Positions 39,001-51,782 of a stretch of DNA of 64,000 nucleotides are shown here, piece after piece. The notes beneath the pieces were generated by a model. That model saw nothing but the letters and a program-made list of their open reading frames with translations. It had not been told where the DNA came from and did no database searches. The translations under genes and the position numbers were made by a program. Within the stretch, counting starts at the first letter, position 1; every line of letters starts with the position of its first letter. Source of the stretch: Mobula hypostoma (taxonomy: Eukaryota); the NCBI RefSeq assembly GCF_963921235.1, contig NC_086107.1, positions 95,482,001-95,546,000 of the forward strand, written 5' to 3'.

Positions 39001-39140
39001 GTTTGATGTGTTGCTTTCTGGAAGGACAGATTGGGGTAGGACTTACAAGATGAGCAGAAGGGCACTTCCGGGTGTGGTAGAACAGAGGGTGATGGGAGTG
39101 GGGAATGAGCTGCCATCAGAAGTGGTGGATGCATTTTAGG
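36010..39140 (+). mobile_element. Old CR1 remnants (ORF1 esterase, endonuclease, RT pieces)
   Basis: LKGTDRKFCG..CCLQGVRVRDI, PTR.SVILDLL, NDHNAISF and LQMEFNEGK. Confidence 0.8.
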
Positions 39141-39249
39141 TTACAATGTTTAAAATTTTATAACACTAGCTCCTGAATCTGAAGTTCAAATTTGACAGAA
39201 CATGGAAAATGTAAGAATTATAAGGTAATTGTTTTCTTATATAATGCAG

Positions 39250-39327
39250 AATGGGAAATTGACAGTTGAGAAAGAGAATGTACATTGGAGAAATGAGGAG
39301 CTGCTACTTGAGTTGGTTGACCTGAAG
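39250..39327 (+). CDS. KASH5: Coding exon F (78 nt): NGKLTVEKENVHWRNEELLLELVDLK
   Basis: Acceptor tttcttatataatgcag and donor gtatgc, phase 0-0. It completes LQEE|NGKL. Confidence 0.88.
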
Positions 39328-40855
39328 GTATGCATGTGCATGATAAGAAAAATTAATTACAGTTTCTTAATGTCTTAAAGCTTAATGTCTGTTTTTCATA
39401 TTAACAGTGTGTATTTTTTATTCTCAGTTATGTTATGGTAATCGTGAAACTAACAGTTTAGTGTATAAACGCCTCTGGTTCACTAGTGACCTTCAGAGGG
39501 AAACAATTTGCTGCCCTTACTCTGTCGGACTTACAGATGTTCACATACTGTAACAATGTGACTGTTAAGCTGCCCTTGCTAAATGTCAAGTGCACCATTC
39601 AATTGATTCATGTTAAAATAAAAACTGAATAAAACATGTAGTTTGGTAGATTAACTGGCCATTGTAGATACCCTCTAGTGTGCAGATGAGTGGCAGAATC
39701 TTTGGGGAAATAGTGGGATATGGGAAAGTAAAATGAATTAGAACAGATTAGTGTACAGCACTGGAACAGGTACTTCGGCATGTGCTGTCTCTGGTGAATA
39801 CAATGCCAAATTAAACTAAATCTAATGCCTGCACATGATCTGTATCCCTTCATGCCTTTCATATTCATCTTGACTCCAGGCATGTTTCCTCTTCTATCCC
39901 TGATCACTGCTACCTTTGCTTTAGTCGTCCTCCTGTTCCTCTCATACATGCTCTTTCTTGGACTTTTAAGGCCATTTTCAGCTCCTTCCTAGCTACCTTG
40001 TAGCTCTACAACCCTGTTTGATCTTGTTTAATAAAGTTTCCTATCTTCCTCTTGAGTACATGTTCCACATGTTTTGTCAACCATGGTTCCTTCACCCTAC
40101 CATCCTTTCTCTGCCTCAATGACGCACACTTATCCAGAACCCCATACAAGTGCTAACCCAAACAACCTCCACACTTCCTAACACTGACCCTAACCTGTAC
40201 ATTTCCCTGAGTACATCTGTTGCCTATTTATGCTTCCAAGATCCTGCCTCTTAATTCCCACTCCCTCAATTAAATACCTCCCAGACTGTCTGCTCCCATT
40301 CCTGTCTAAGACTATGGTAAAGGTTAGGTAATTGTGGTCACTGTCTCTGAAATGTCCATCCACCAAGTGATTTGACACCTGACCTTTTTCATTACCTAGC
40401 ATCAGAGGAAGTATGTCCTCTACTCAGCCTACCTACCTACAGGAATCTGTCCTGGATACAGCTAACAAATTCTGCCTGATCTAAACTTTTTGCACCAAGT
40501 AGGTGCCAATTAAGATTAGGATAGTTTAAGTCACCCATTTACAAAAGCCCTGTTATTTTTGCACCTTTCCAAACTCTGCCTCCTGATCTGTGCCTCAATG
40601 TCTCTTGTTATTGGTTGGTCTATAGAATACTCCCAGGAGAATGATTGCTCCCTTCCTGTTTCTGTCTTTCATCCATGCTGACTCAGTCCGTTTACAACTT
40701 CCTCCCTTTTTGCAGCTGTGATACTATCCCTGATTAATAATGCCACTGCTCCAGCTTCTTTACGTCCCTCGCTGTCTCTTTTGAAACATCCAGCTGCCAT
40801 TGCTGCTTTTCTGACGGCTGTTTCCATGATGGCTACAGTGTCATTGTTCCACGTA

Positions 40856-42407
40856 CAGGTGTCCCCCTCTTTTCGAACGTTCGCTTTACGAAACCTCACT
40901 GTTACGAAAGACCTACATTAGTACCCTGTTTTCGCTTTCAGAAGGTGTTTTCAATGTTACGAAAAAAAAATTAGCGTGCAATAAAAGGCAGCGCGTCCCA
41001 AGCAGCTGCTCTCCCCCGGATTCGGAACTGCTTTGCTTTAACACGTGCCTGTGAGCAGCCGTTTGCAAGATGAGTTCTATGGTATCGGAAAAGCCTGATA
41101 GGGCTCGTAAGGGTGTTACACTTACGGTAAAACTAGACATAATTAAGCATTTTGATCATGGTGAACGAAGTAAGGACAACGTGAGTTTGGCTTGTGGAAG
41201 CTGAGGAACATGATGTTGAAGAGGTTTTGGCATCCCATCACCAAGAACTGACAGGTGAAGAGCTGATGCAATTGGAAGAAAAAAGGATAACAATCGAAAC
41301 CGAATGAGTAATGATAAAGTACGACTTTAATTTTGAAAGGGTACGTCGGTTTAGGGGATATTTGCAGAATGGTTTGAGTCCTTACAAAGAACTGTGTGAT
41401 AGAAAAATGCGCCAGGCTCAGCAGTCAAGCAAGCCTTCCACATCAGCCACAGCAGACGACGAACCTCGACCTTCGACATCGAGGCGGGCAGAGATAGAAG
41501 AAGATGAGCTGCCTGCTCTAATGGAAACAGACGACGAGATGACACCCCAGTGTCCCACCACCCCAACCCCCAGGCCGTGGACAGATACCGATTTGCGGAG
41601 AATGCAAAGGTAGCCGGGAAGCACACAGCACATCTTTAAGAAAAAAGCCAAAATAAACATGCTAATTAATTAGGTGCCGCTGACATGTAATTGTCGGCCC
41701 AGATCAGAGACGACGCAATTGGAAACTGGCACTGATCTGGGCCGACAATTACGGGCAGCACCTAATTAATTAGCATATTTGTTTCGGCTTTTTTCTTAAA
41801 GATGTGCTGTGTACCTCCCGGCTACCGCTGGACCCCTGCTTTGTTCGCGGCAATGTATCGCTCAGCGGCCTGGAGGGTGGGGGCCACTGCACCGCCCCAG
41901 CCTGCAACGACTCAGTCTAACACACCATCATCAGTGTGCTCGCTGTCTTCTCGATTCCCGTAAGTGATACTACACTGTACATACATTATTTGTACTTTAT
42001 ATAGGCTGTGTATTTTTACGTGTTATTTTGGTATGATTTGGCAGCTTCGTAGCTTAAAGGTTACTGGAGAGAGTGTTCTTGCCAACAGCGCTTGCGTGAG
42101 ATTTTTTGCTGACGGCGCTTGCGTGAGATTTTCGCTACAGAGAACAGTTCAGTAATGATTGTGGAAAAGTATTTCTAATTTATATAGGCTGTGTATTTAT
42201 CATATCATTCCTGCTTTTACTATATGTTACTGTTATTGTAGGTTTTATGTGTTATTTGGCATGATTTGGTAGGTTATTTTTGGGTCTGCGAACGCTCACA
42301 AAATTTTCCCATATAAATAAATGGTAATTGCTTCTTCGCTTTACAACATTTCGGCTTATGAACTGTTTCATAGGAACGCTCTACCTTCGGATGGCGGGGG
42401 AAACCTG
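40856..42407 (+). mobile_element. Tigger/pogo-type DNA transposon, internally deleted
   Basis: TIRs caggtgtcccc and ggggaaacctg flanked by TA on both sides. Remnant RKGVTLTVKLDIIKHFDHGER (CENP-B/psq-type HTH) near 41105-41170 and ELTGEELMQL. Confidence 0.88.
41609..41826. repeat. Long hairpin, ~97-bp arms with a 24-nt loop, inside the Tigger element
   Basis: ggtagccggga...ggcccagatcag (41609-41707) is the near reverse complement of ctgatctgggcc...tcccggctacc (41732-41826). Confidence 0.92.
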
Positions 42408-43149
42408 TACTGCTTCATACTTTATGTTCATCACCTTTGCTCCTGATACATACAGTAAAATAGACACTTTTCAACCCATTCCACTTACTACAATTTTGCC
42501 TTTTCTTTCTCACAGTCTCTCTACATGCTGCACCTACATGTATACCAACTGTCCATCCCCTGACCTATCACTCAGGTTCCAAACCTTCTGCTAAACTAGA
42601 CTAAACCCTCCCCTCAAGCATATCTGCCTTCTAGAATATTGGTCCCCTTCAAGTTCAGGTGTAATCTGTCCATTTTGCACAGGTCATACCTTTCCCAGAA
42701 GAGATCCCATTGATCCGCAAATCTGAAACCCTTGACCCTGCCCCAATTCATCAACCATGCATTCATCTGCCATATAATCTTTTCTTATCCTCACTGTCAC
42801 AGGGCATAGGCAGCAGATGAAATATTATTATCCTTGAGGTCCAGCTTTTCAGCTTCCTACCTAGCTCCCTATATTCTTTCTTCAGGACCTCATTCCTTTT
42901 CCTAGTTTTGTCATTGGTACCAAAATGTACCAGAACTTCTGGCTACTCACCTTTCCCTTTAGAATGTTGTGGACCCGATCTGACATGCTCCTGATCCTGC
43001 CACCTGGGAGGTAACATACCATTTGAGATTCTCTTTCATATCCACAGGATCTCCTGTCTGCTCCCCTAACTGTTGAATCCCCTGTCACTGCCCATTCCCT
43101 TCTGAGCCACAGAACCAGACAGTGCCTGAGACCTGGTAACTGGTGACTT

Positions 43150-46100
43150 TGCACGTGCTCTCCCAAGCAAACTGCCCTCTCCACTATCCTATACCCGAGA
43201 AACCCTTTTAAACCTTCAATCTGCTACATCTAGCAAGATCAGCAAAACCCTGGCGAAGCTACTGACCCAGCTGGAGACCACCCCGCCAGAATTGCTTCTT
43301 AAACTCTGGACTGCACCTGGACCCGACCAGCGAGGCCCACCACGTTCCCGGAGACCTGCGGCCTGCTACTGTGCCGGAGCACTTGGAGACACGGTCCATT
43401 CCGACCAGCACCTCTCCGGAGCAGACGACCACACAGAAGTGACGGTGGAGACTTCAAGGTGCCCCAGACGCTTCCCCGGAGCGACCACCGTAAAGTCCTG
43501 TTGGTGGCCATCCACAGCTGCTGGAAGTGAGGCCTCCGCCGCCGACCTTGGAAATCGAGCCCGAGGCTTGGCTGGAGCGGAGGCCTCCGCAACCGTGTCT
43601 CAGCTTACAGACTTGTTTCAGCCAGGAGCCCGGCCATCCAGGATTAAGTGTCGGCTTTGGGGCCCGACCCAATCGACAGCCCGGGCTCCCAGCAGCTGGA
43701 AGTAGCAGCGGAGCCTCCCCCATCACTCAGCCCAACCCGATGCGCCCGACGACGCGACCCGCCGATTGATCCCCGCGGGATGCGTCCACCAACCTCAAAG
43801 AGCTGACAACAACACACTGCATCGATGGAAACCTGGAAAGATGCACTATTTACCAAGGAAGTGTGGGAAAAGAGCTGGGCTGCTGGTCAGATTGAAGCTG
43901 AGGGTCTTCAGGGTCCCTATGCCCACCATCCTACTAGCTAATGTACAAGCCATAGGGAACAAGGTGGATGATCTTAAGGGGAGACTCAACTACTGCAGGA
44001 AGATGCAGAACTGCTGTGTATTCTGTTTCACCGAGACCTGGCTCTCCCCTGCCACCCCGACTGTGCCATCCAACCGGAGGGATTTTCGAACCATCGGATG
44101 GACCGCATGGCGTCTTTGGGCAAGACGAGGGGAGGTGGTGTCTGCCTACTGATCAACACTGTGTGGTGCTCGGACACGGTGGCACTGACAAGCTCCTGTA
44201 GCCCGGACCTGGAATACCTGTCGGTGAAGTGTCGTCCCTACTATCTGCCATGGGAATTCACCTCGGTCATACTGACAGTGGTCTACATTCCCCCCCAGGC
44301 GGACGTGGAGTGTGCTCTGAACATACTGTATGCCAACATCAGTGAACTTGAGACCAGGTATCCGGAGGCTTTGCTCATTACAGCCGGGGACTTTAACCAG
44401 GCCAACCTCAGAAAGGCGCTGCCAAAGTTATACCAACATGTCTCCTGCTCCATTAGCGGCCTGAATATACTTGACCATTGCTACACAGCAGTCAAGGATG
44501 CCTACCGTTCCGTCCCACGACCTCACTTCGGAAAATCGGACCATCAGGCCATACTCCTCCTCCCAGCTTACAAACAGAAATTGAAGTGGGAGGTCACGGT
44601 GTCAAAAGTAGTGTTGCGTTGGACGGAGGAAACGGATGAGGTCCTCCGTGACTGCTTTGAATCGGTGGACTGGTTAGTATTCAAGGACTCGGCAGCTAAC
44701 CTCGATGAGTATACCTCAGCTGTCATGGACTTTATTTGGAAATGCACAGAGGTCTGTGTGTCTCGCAAGACAATCCGGGTATTCCCTAACCGAAACCTTG
44801 GATGAATTATGAGGTCAAGTCCCTTTTAAAGGCTAGAGCTGCAGCTTTTAGGTCCGGGGACACCAGTCACTACATGGAATCCAGGCGTGAACTCTGGAAA
44901 GCCATTAAGAGTGCCAAGAGGCAATATTGAGCCAAGTTGGAAGCCCAGGCTAACCAGAGGGATGCCAGTAGGCTATGGCAGGGTCTAAATGAGATCACTG
45001 GGTGCAAAGAAAAGGCTGGGAATATCAATCACTGTGACGCTTCTCTTCCTGACGAACTTAAAGTATTCTACGCAAGATTCGAACAGAAGAGGAGCGACCC
45101 ACTCCCTCCGGATGAACCGGACCTGGTGGCATCGAGATTCATCGTCACCGAGGAGGACGTGAGAAGGGCCTTCCTGAAGATAAATCCAAGGAAGGTGACG
45201 GGCCCAGATGGCGTCCCGCGATGGGTTCTCCAAGCCTGTGCAAGCGAGCTAGCTGGAATGTTTGCTGACATCTTCAGCTGCTCCTTGCTTCAGTCTAAGA
45301 TCCCCTCGTGTTTTAAGAAGGCAACGATAATCCCAGTGCCAAAGAAGAGCAAGGTGGCATGCCTGAATGACTATCGACCTGTGGGTCTGACATCAATTGC
45401 TATGAAGTGCTTTGAGAGATAGGTTATGGCACACATCAACCACAGCCTACCGGTCAACCTCGGTGCTTTGCAATTCGCCTACTGGAGCAACAGGTCAACG
45501 GTAGATGCCATCTCTCTGGCCCTACATTCCTCCTTAAAACACCTGGAGAACAAAGACGCATATGTAAGGCTCCTTTTCATTGACTACAGCTCTGCCTTTA
45601 ATACCATCGTTTCAAATAAACTGATTCCTAAGCTCTGGAACCTGGGCCTTAGCACTCAGATCTGCAGCTGGATCTTCAACGTCCTCACAGACAGGACCCA
45701 GGCTGTGAAAATAGGGGACAAGCTCTCCTCTACAATCGCTCTGAGCATCGGTGCCCCACAAGGCTGTGTACTCAGCCTCCTGCTGTACTCACTGTACACC
45801 CATGATTGTGTAGCCAAGTTCCCATCAAACTCAATATATAAGTTTGCTGATGACACAACAATTGTAGGCCATATCTCGGGTAATGATGAGTTTGAGTACA
45901 GAGAGGAAATTAAGAACCTGGTGGCATGGTGTGAAGACAATAACCTATCTCTCAACATCAGCAAGACAAAGGAATTGGTTGTTGATTTCAGAAAGAGTAG
46001 CGGACCGCACGACCCAATTTACATCGGTGGTGCGCAAGTGGAACAGCTTTAAGTTCCTCGGGGTCAATATCACAAATGACCTGACTTGGTCCAGCCAAGC

Positions 46101-46462
46101 AGAGTTCACTGCCAAGAAGGCCCACCAGCGCCTTTACTTCCTGAGAAAACTAAAGAAATTTGGCCCGTCCCCTAAAACCCTCACTAATTTTTATAGATGC
46201 ACTGTAGAAAGCATTCTTCTAGGGTGCATCACAACCTGGTATGGAAGTTGTCCTGTCCAAGACTGAAAGAAGCTGCAGAAGATTGTGACATGGCGCAGCA
46301 GATCACACAAACCAGTCTTCTGTCCTTGGACTCACTTTGCACCACACACTGTTGGAGCAGTGCTGCCAGGATAATCAAGGACACGACCCACCCAGCCAAC
46401 ACACTTTTCGTCCCTCTTCCCTCCGGGAGAAGGCTCAGGAGCTTGAAGACTCATACGGCCAG
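43150..46462 (+). mobile_element. Near full-length Rex1/Babar LINE with few disruptions, 3' tail missing
   Basis: N-terminal SYTRETLLNL, APE (LLANVQ, FTETWL, GDFN, SDH), RT ([28 protein letters not shown]) and LPSGRRLRSL. CpG-rich, with scattered stops and frameshifts. Confidence 0.93.
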
Positions 46463-46860
46463 ATGTGGACAGTGTTAAGAGTGGGGAGCTCGAAGATTTC
46501 CCTCACAAGTCTTCACAGAGAAGAGGCAGAGGCTAAGATAAGTTTTTTTCTTTCTTTGTTGATTAGTGCTCAGCTACAGTAGTGACAATGGATCCAGAAT
46601 CAGTGGTATGTTCTTCACATCAGATGCTGGAGTTCTAGGAGATCTCCAGTGTCCCTGAAAACTACATCTGCATGGACCATACTCTGTGATATTACAACTG
46701 TAATAATGGATGTATGTCACCTGTCATCGACCAAGGTGCTTTACAAAGTGACTGCCAGTCAATTCAATTTACGATATTGTCATCACAGATATATAGTAAC
46801 TTGTTCATATTACAAAAGTTCTTCATTTAGAAAATAAAGTAGGTATCTTTTGGTATTGCA

Positions 46861-49720
46861 TGTGACAGGAGTTCAGTGATGACCCAGGTGCAAAATGAGA
46901 AACACAGATCCAGAATGAACAGCTCACTGTGTCTTAATAATGACTGTTCGCAACAAAGGAAATTAATAAATGTTTGGCCAACAGGGCTGCAAGCTGAAAG
47001 CTTTCAAGCTAACTGAAACTAATGCTATTACTGCAGCTCCAGAGCAGCAATTTAGAACCAAATTACTACTGCTGCATTAGTGGTGTCTATCTAATCACTA
47101 ATCTTCTTTCCTGAAACGTGGATTAAGGTAAACCGAGAGTATTGTCATCGCTGTGCTTCGATAAAGACTTAAGACTGAAACAAAAGGAAGCAAGTTAAAT
47201 ACATTTACAAAGAAACCCTAATTAGCTGGAAAGTGTGCATTCTCACATGTGTGATTGCTTTCAGCTGCCATCCTGCGAGAGCACCCGATCTCCGCAGCAG
47301 TGTCAGCAGTTGTGATAGGGCTCCCCTCGCTATGTGCATATCCTAAGATGCCAGAGGCCTGCGCCTGCTGCAAGTCCTGGACTAGAGACTTGTCCAAGAT
47401 GCATCGAGCCGGAACCCAACAACTTTCCTCCCAGTCAGCGAGGTACTGGACACTACCATGTACCCAGCAAGATGCCAGAATGCACTGCACAAAATAGACA
47501 GGTGACCCACCCACCAAGTGGGGAAGTGGGGGGTTGACTGGAGGAAGTGAGGCACAGGCAGCAGGTAGAGCATTCCAGCGGGATGCTGACATGATGTCTT
47601 GTTCTGGGCACAAGTGGGACAGGCAGACACAAAGTCATGGATGTCTTGAGGCATACATAGATGGCCACCAAAATCGTCTCTATACATTCCAGGGTCTGTT
47701 GAATCCCTGTGTGGCCAACCAGTTGAGAAGAGTGACCCCTCTCCAACACTCTGGGGCACACAGTGGCCGGGACAAACAGCTGATTGGGAAGTTCCCCCAC
47801 CTGGGTCTGATCCGACTGTTGAGCAGTCTTCACCTCTGTGTCTATTCTCCAGATCACCAGAGCAACTATGCATGTGCAGGGAAGGACGGGCTCTAGATTA
47901 GTATTATCCTCAGTGATGTCAAACTGGTGGGAGAGAGCATCAGCTTTGGTATTCTTGTTGCTAGGGCGGTAGGTGAGGGTGAAATTAAACTGTGAAGATG
48001 AGAACCTAATGGGCTTGACGGGAGTTGAGTCTCTTGGCATTACGAATGTAGGAGAGGTTTTTGTGACCTGTCCATATCAGAAAAGGATGTTCTTCTCTCT
48101 TCAGTCTCCATGCCTCCAGGGCCTTCCTGACAGTCAGAAGTTTTTATTTCCAGACATTATAGTTACACTCTGTAGGGATCAAGCAGTGGGAAAGAAAAGC
48201 ACAGGGGTGAGGCTGATTATCTACAGAAAAGTGCTGGGAAGGCGCAGCTCCAATGCCAACATTAGATGCATCAACCTCGATGATTAATGGATGGGTTAGG
48301 TTGTAGCACTGGGGCAGTGGTGAAACGTCAGTTTAGCTCCGAGAACACTTGGTCTGCTTCATTTGTCTGTTGGAATCCTGCAGAGGTCCTCTTGGTGAGT
48401 GCATTTATAAGAACCACGACGGAACTGTCACTTCTGATGAAGCAGCTATAAAAGTTTGCAAATCCTATGAAGCGCCTCACTTGTTTGGCACTAGATGGTT
48501 TGGGCCACTCTAACTGCCTGAACTTGACATGGATCAATTTGAACACTGGAAGGGGTGAGGATGTAGCCCAAGAATGACATCTGCTCTTTGTTGAACTCAC
48601 ACTTCTCTGTTTAGGCATAAAGGTTGTTGTTGAGGAGCTGTCTGAGAACTTCCGAGATATGCTGGACGTGTTCCTGGTGAGAACAGGAGTAGATAATAAC
48701 GTCTTCTAAATACGCAAACTGATTCAACCTGTCCTAGAACGTGTTGTTGATCAGGGCCTGAAAACAGTTGTCAAACCAAACGGCATCATGAGGTACTCAG
48801 TGGCCAGTGAGGGTGTTGTATGCTGTCTTCCACTCAGTCTTTCTTGGTTGTGAACCAAGTTGTAGACATTGTACAGATCAACTTAGAGAACAAGGTTTCT
48901 CCCTGGAGATGTTGAAATGCCAAGGCAAGCAGAGGAGGAGGGTAGGTATTCTTCACCATGGTGTTGTTGAAGAACTGATAATCAATGCAAGGATGGAACT
49001 TGCCGTCTTTCTTGCTCCTGATGATGAGGTAGATGGACGTTTAAATCCTTAGGCCAATGCCTTCTTGATGTATTCTTCCATGGCCACTGTTTCAGGACAA
49101 GAGAGGGAATAGAGCCAGGTAAGAGGTCAATGGCGCAGTTATCTGGCTGGTGTGGAGGCAGGGAGATAGCTACCTTCTTAGAATGCAAGGAGGTCAGCAT
49201 ATTCATCTGGAACACCAGGATGGCTCAGGAGGTGATGCGCTGAACAGGGCTCGAGCTAGACCCAGCCTCATGGACTGACATGCCCTTCCCCATTCTTGGG
49301 GTGCCTTTTAGAACCAATTGATCTGTGAGTTTCTGTCAAGAGAGCTAGAGAAGGCCAAGCTCCAGTGGCAGTCCACGTGAATCAACAAGATAGAGGGTTG
49401 TTCCCTATGGTTGCCTTCTAGCACAAGATGGAGGGGTACTATAGAAAAGTAGATCTTGTGGGAGCCAAGTGGCTGACTACCTAGAACCTTGGTTTCAATA
49501 TTCTCTCTCAGTTGTTGAGTGGAAACTCTTCATCTTTGAGTCTGAAAGATATCCATGAGGTTCCTGACTCCCCGGAGTCAAAAAATGCCAGAAACCCATG
49601 GGTCTGAGACCCCCATGATAGAGAAGCTGGGCCATTACTTAATTAGGGGACAGTGCTTGCAGGGAGAATCAATCCTGTCAGAATTTCCCTTCTTACTGAT
49701 GGGTTTCCTCTTTTACTGGC
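46861..49720 (-). mobile_element. Decayed chromovirus-type (Tf2/sushi-like) Gypsy element with a probable 3' LTR at 46861-47317
   Basis: LPPHQP.NCAIDLLPG, AYLEDVIIYS (RT), FIGFANFY, LTYRP..KN.KADALS, FVSACPTC and a chromodomain-like QYLADW..SCWVP. Most of the integrase core appears deleted. Confidence 0.85.
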
Positions 49721-51725
49721 CGCTTGGGGACATAATACCTGGAAGAGTCCTGGAGAACCAGAGTAGAGGCAGCACTCTGTTCCTCTACGTCCACTGTGCT
49801 TATTTTATCCCTCAAGAGCTCCAGCAGGTTTGTCAAACAGGACTTGCCCTTCATGAATTCGTGCTGTGTCTGTCTGATAGAACACTTCAATCCAGATGTA
49901 CCACTATTTCTTCCTTAATGGTAGCTTCAAGCATTTTCATGACTATTGACCTTAAGCTATCTGGCCTATAGTTATCCACATTTTGCCTACATCTTTTTTT
50001 TAAACAGTGGTATGATATTCACTGTCTTCCAATCTGCCAGGATCTGCTGAGAGTTCAGAGAGTTTTGGTAAGTCATCACAAACACATCTCTTTCAGTACC
50101 CAGGGATGTATCCCATCAATACTAGGGGACTTTACCTTCAGGCCAACTAGTTCACTTATCACCACTTGTTTAGTGATAGTGATTGTATTGAGGTACATCC
50201 TGCCATCACTTCGCTTCCAAAACATCTCGATTTGGTATGTTAGACCTGTCTTCTACTATGAAGACCGACACAAAATAGTCATTCAAAGTGTTAGCTATTT
50301 CCACATTATTGAATACCCCCAGTTGCCTACGTTCATTTTAGCCATCCTCCACTTTATGTAATTATAAAGTGTATCTGTTTTTATGTTTTGTGCTAGTTTA
50401 TTTTCATAACCTATTTTCCCTTATTGTTTGCTTAGTGATTCTTTGTTGCTTTTGGAAATATCCCATTCTCCCAGTTACCCACTACTCTTAGTGACTTTCA
50501 ATGCATGAGCTTTAGTTTGATGACTTTGAAAGATTCTCTTTCTTCGTATATTATTGCAGAGGTACGGCTGTACAAATGGAATCCATGGCAGTGATATAAT
50601 TCCCTTGCATGATGTAGGAAGTCATGGTGAACTCTGGTGTCCCTGATGCCTGTGAGTAGTGCAGCTGGCTGCAGCTCCTTGCTGTCTTTGTAAGGGAGCT
50701 GGAGCTGGATGCCCTACAAGTCATTCAGGAGGATTAGGAGTTGATAGACGGGAGCTACAGGGAGGCAGTCCTAAGTTGGAGGAAACAGATAGATAGCTGA
50801 TGACTGTCAAGAGAGGAAAGGGAATATACATACAGTGTGGGGTACCACTGTGGCCATTCCCCTCAGTATTAAGTATACTACTTTGAAAATTGTTAGGGGA
50901 GCGTGGTTGTCCTTGTTGGCAAGTTTGCCTGAGCTTTTGGAAGGGCGATGGGAACCAGGGTAATAGGCCAGATGATGGAGCCGTTGTAAAGGTAGATGCA
51001 ATGTGTAGAGAGATTGTGAAGAAGGATAGGCAGTGGATATTGCACAATTCAGTCAGTGCATGGGTTGAAATGTGGTTACTTTTCAGTCAGTGACAAGTAT
51101 CAGGAGCAAAGGTGATAAACTTAGAGCATGGTTGAGTACTTGGCTACGATGTTGTAGCTATTACAGAGACTTGGCTGTCATAAGGATGGTAATAGATGTT
51201 GGATGTTCTGGGGATTTTCTTGTGGACATTCACAACAAATATAAAGGATCAATGGAAAAAAACATACATGACAAAATGGACTAACAACTAATGTGCAAAA
51301 GACAACAAACAAAGTACAAAAAGTTTTTTTAAAATGGCAAAATAATTAATACATAAATAAGCACTAAATATAGAGAATTTGAGATGAAGAGTTCTTGTGA
51401 GTCCATAGGTGATGGCAACAGTTCAGTGTTGGGATGAGTGAAGTTATCACCTCTGGTTCGAGAGCCTGATGGTTGAGGGGCAGCAACGAGAAGACAGCAT
51501 GTACTGTGCTGGATGGTGGGGGTCTTTGATGATGGATGCTGCTTTCTGGCATTACCTTGCCAATCCATCAGAGATAAATTTCTTTGGAGGTTTCATCTCA
51601 ACAACAATAACTTAAGCAGGAAACCATGGAAATCCTAAATAAATAGTGCTGACAGTCTTAGTGTTTTACTTCCTTGTCACTGAGAAAAATGCTGTTGGAC
51701 AATAATTAATACTCTTGCTTTCCAG

Positions 51726-51782
51726 AATCAGTTATATGAAGCCAAAGGACTCATTTCAGTTAAGGATGCATTACTGAGTGAG
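51726..51782 (+). CDS. KASH5: Coding exon G (57 nt): NQLYEAKGLISVKDALLSE
   Basis: Acceptor cttgctttccag and donor gtaggt, phase 0-0. QLxE...D.LLSE pattern as in KASH5. Confidence 0.87.
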
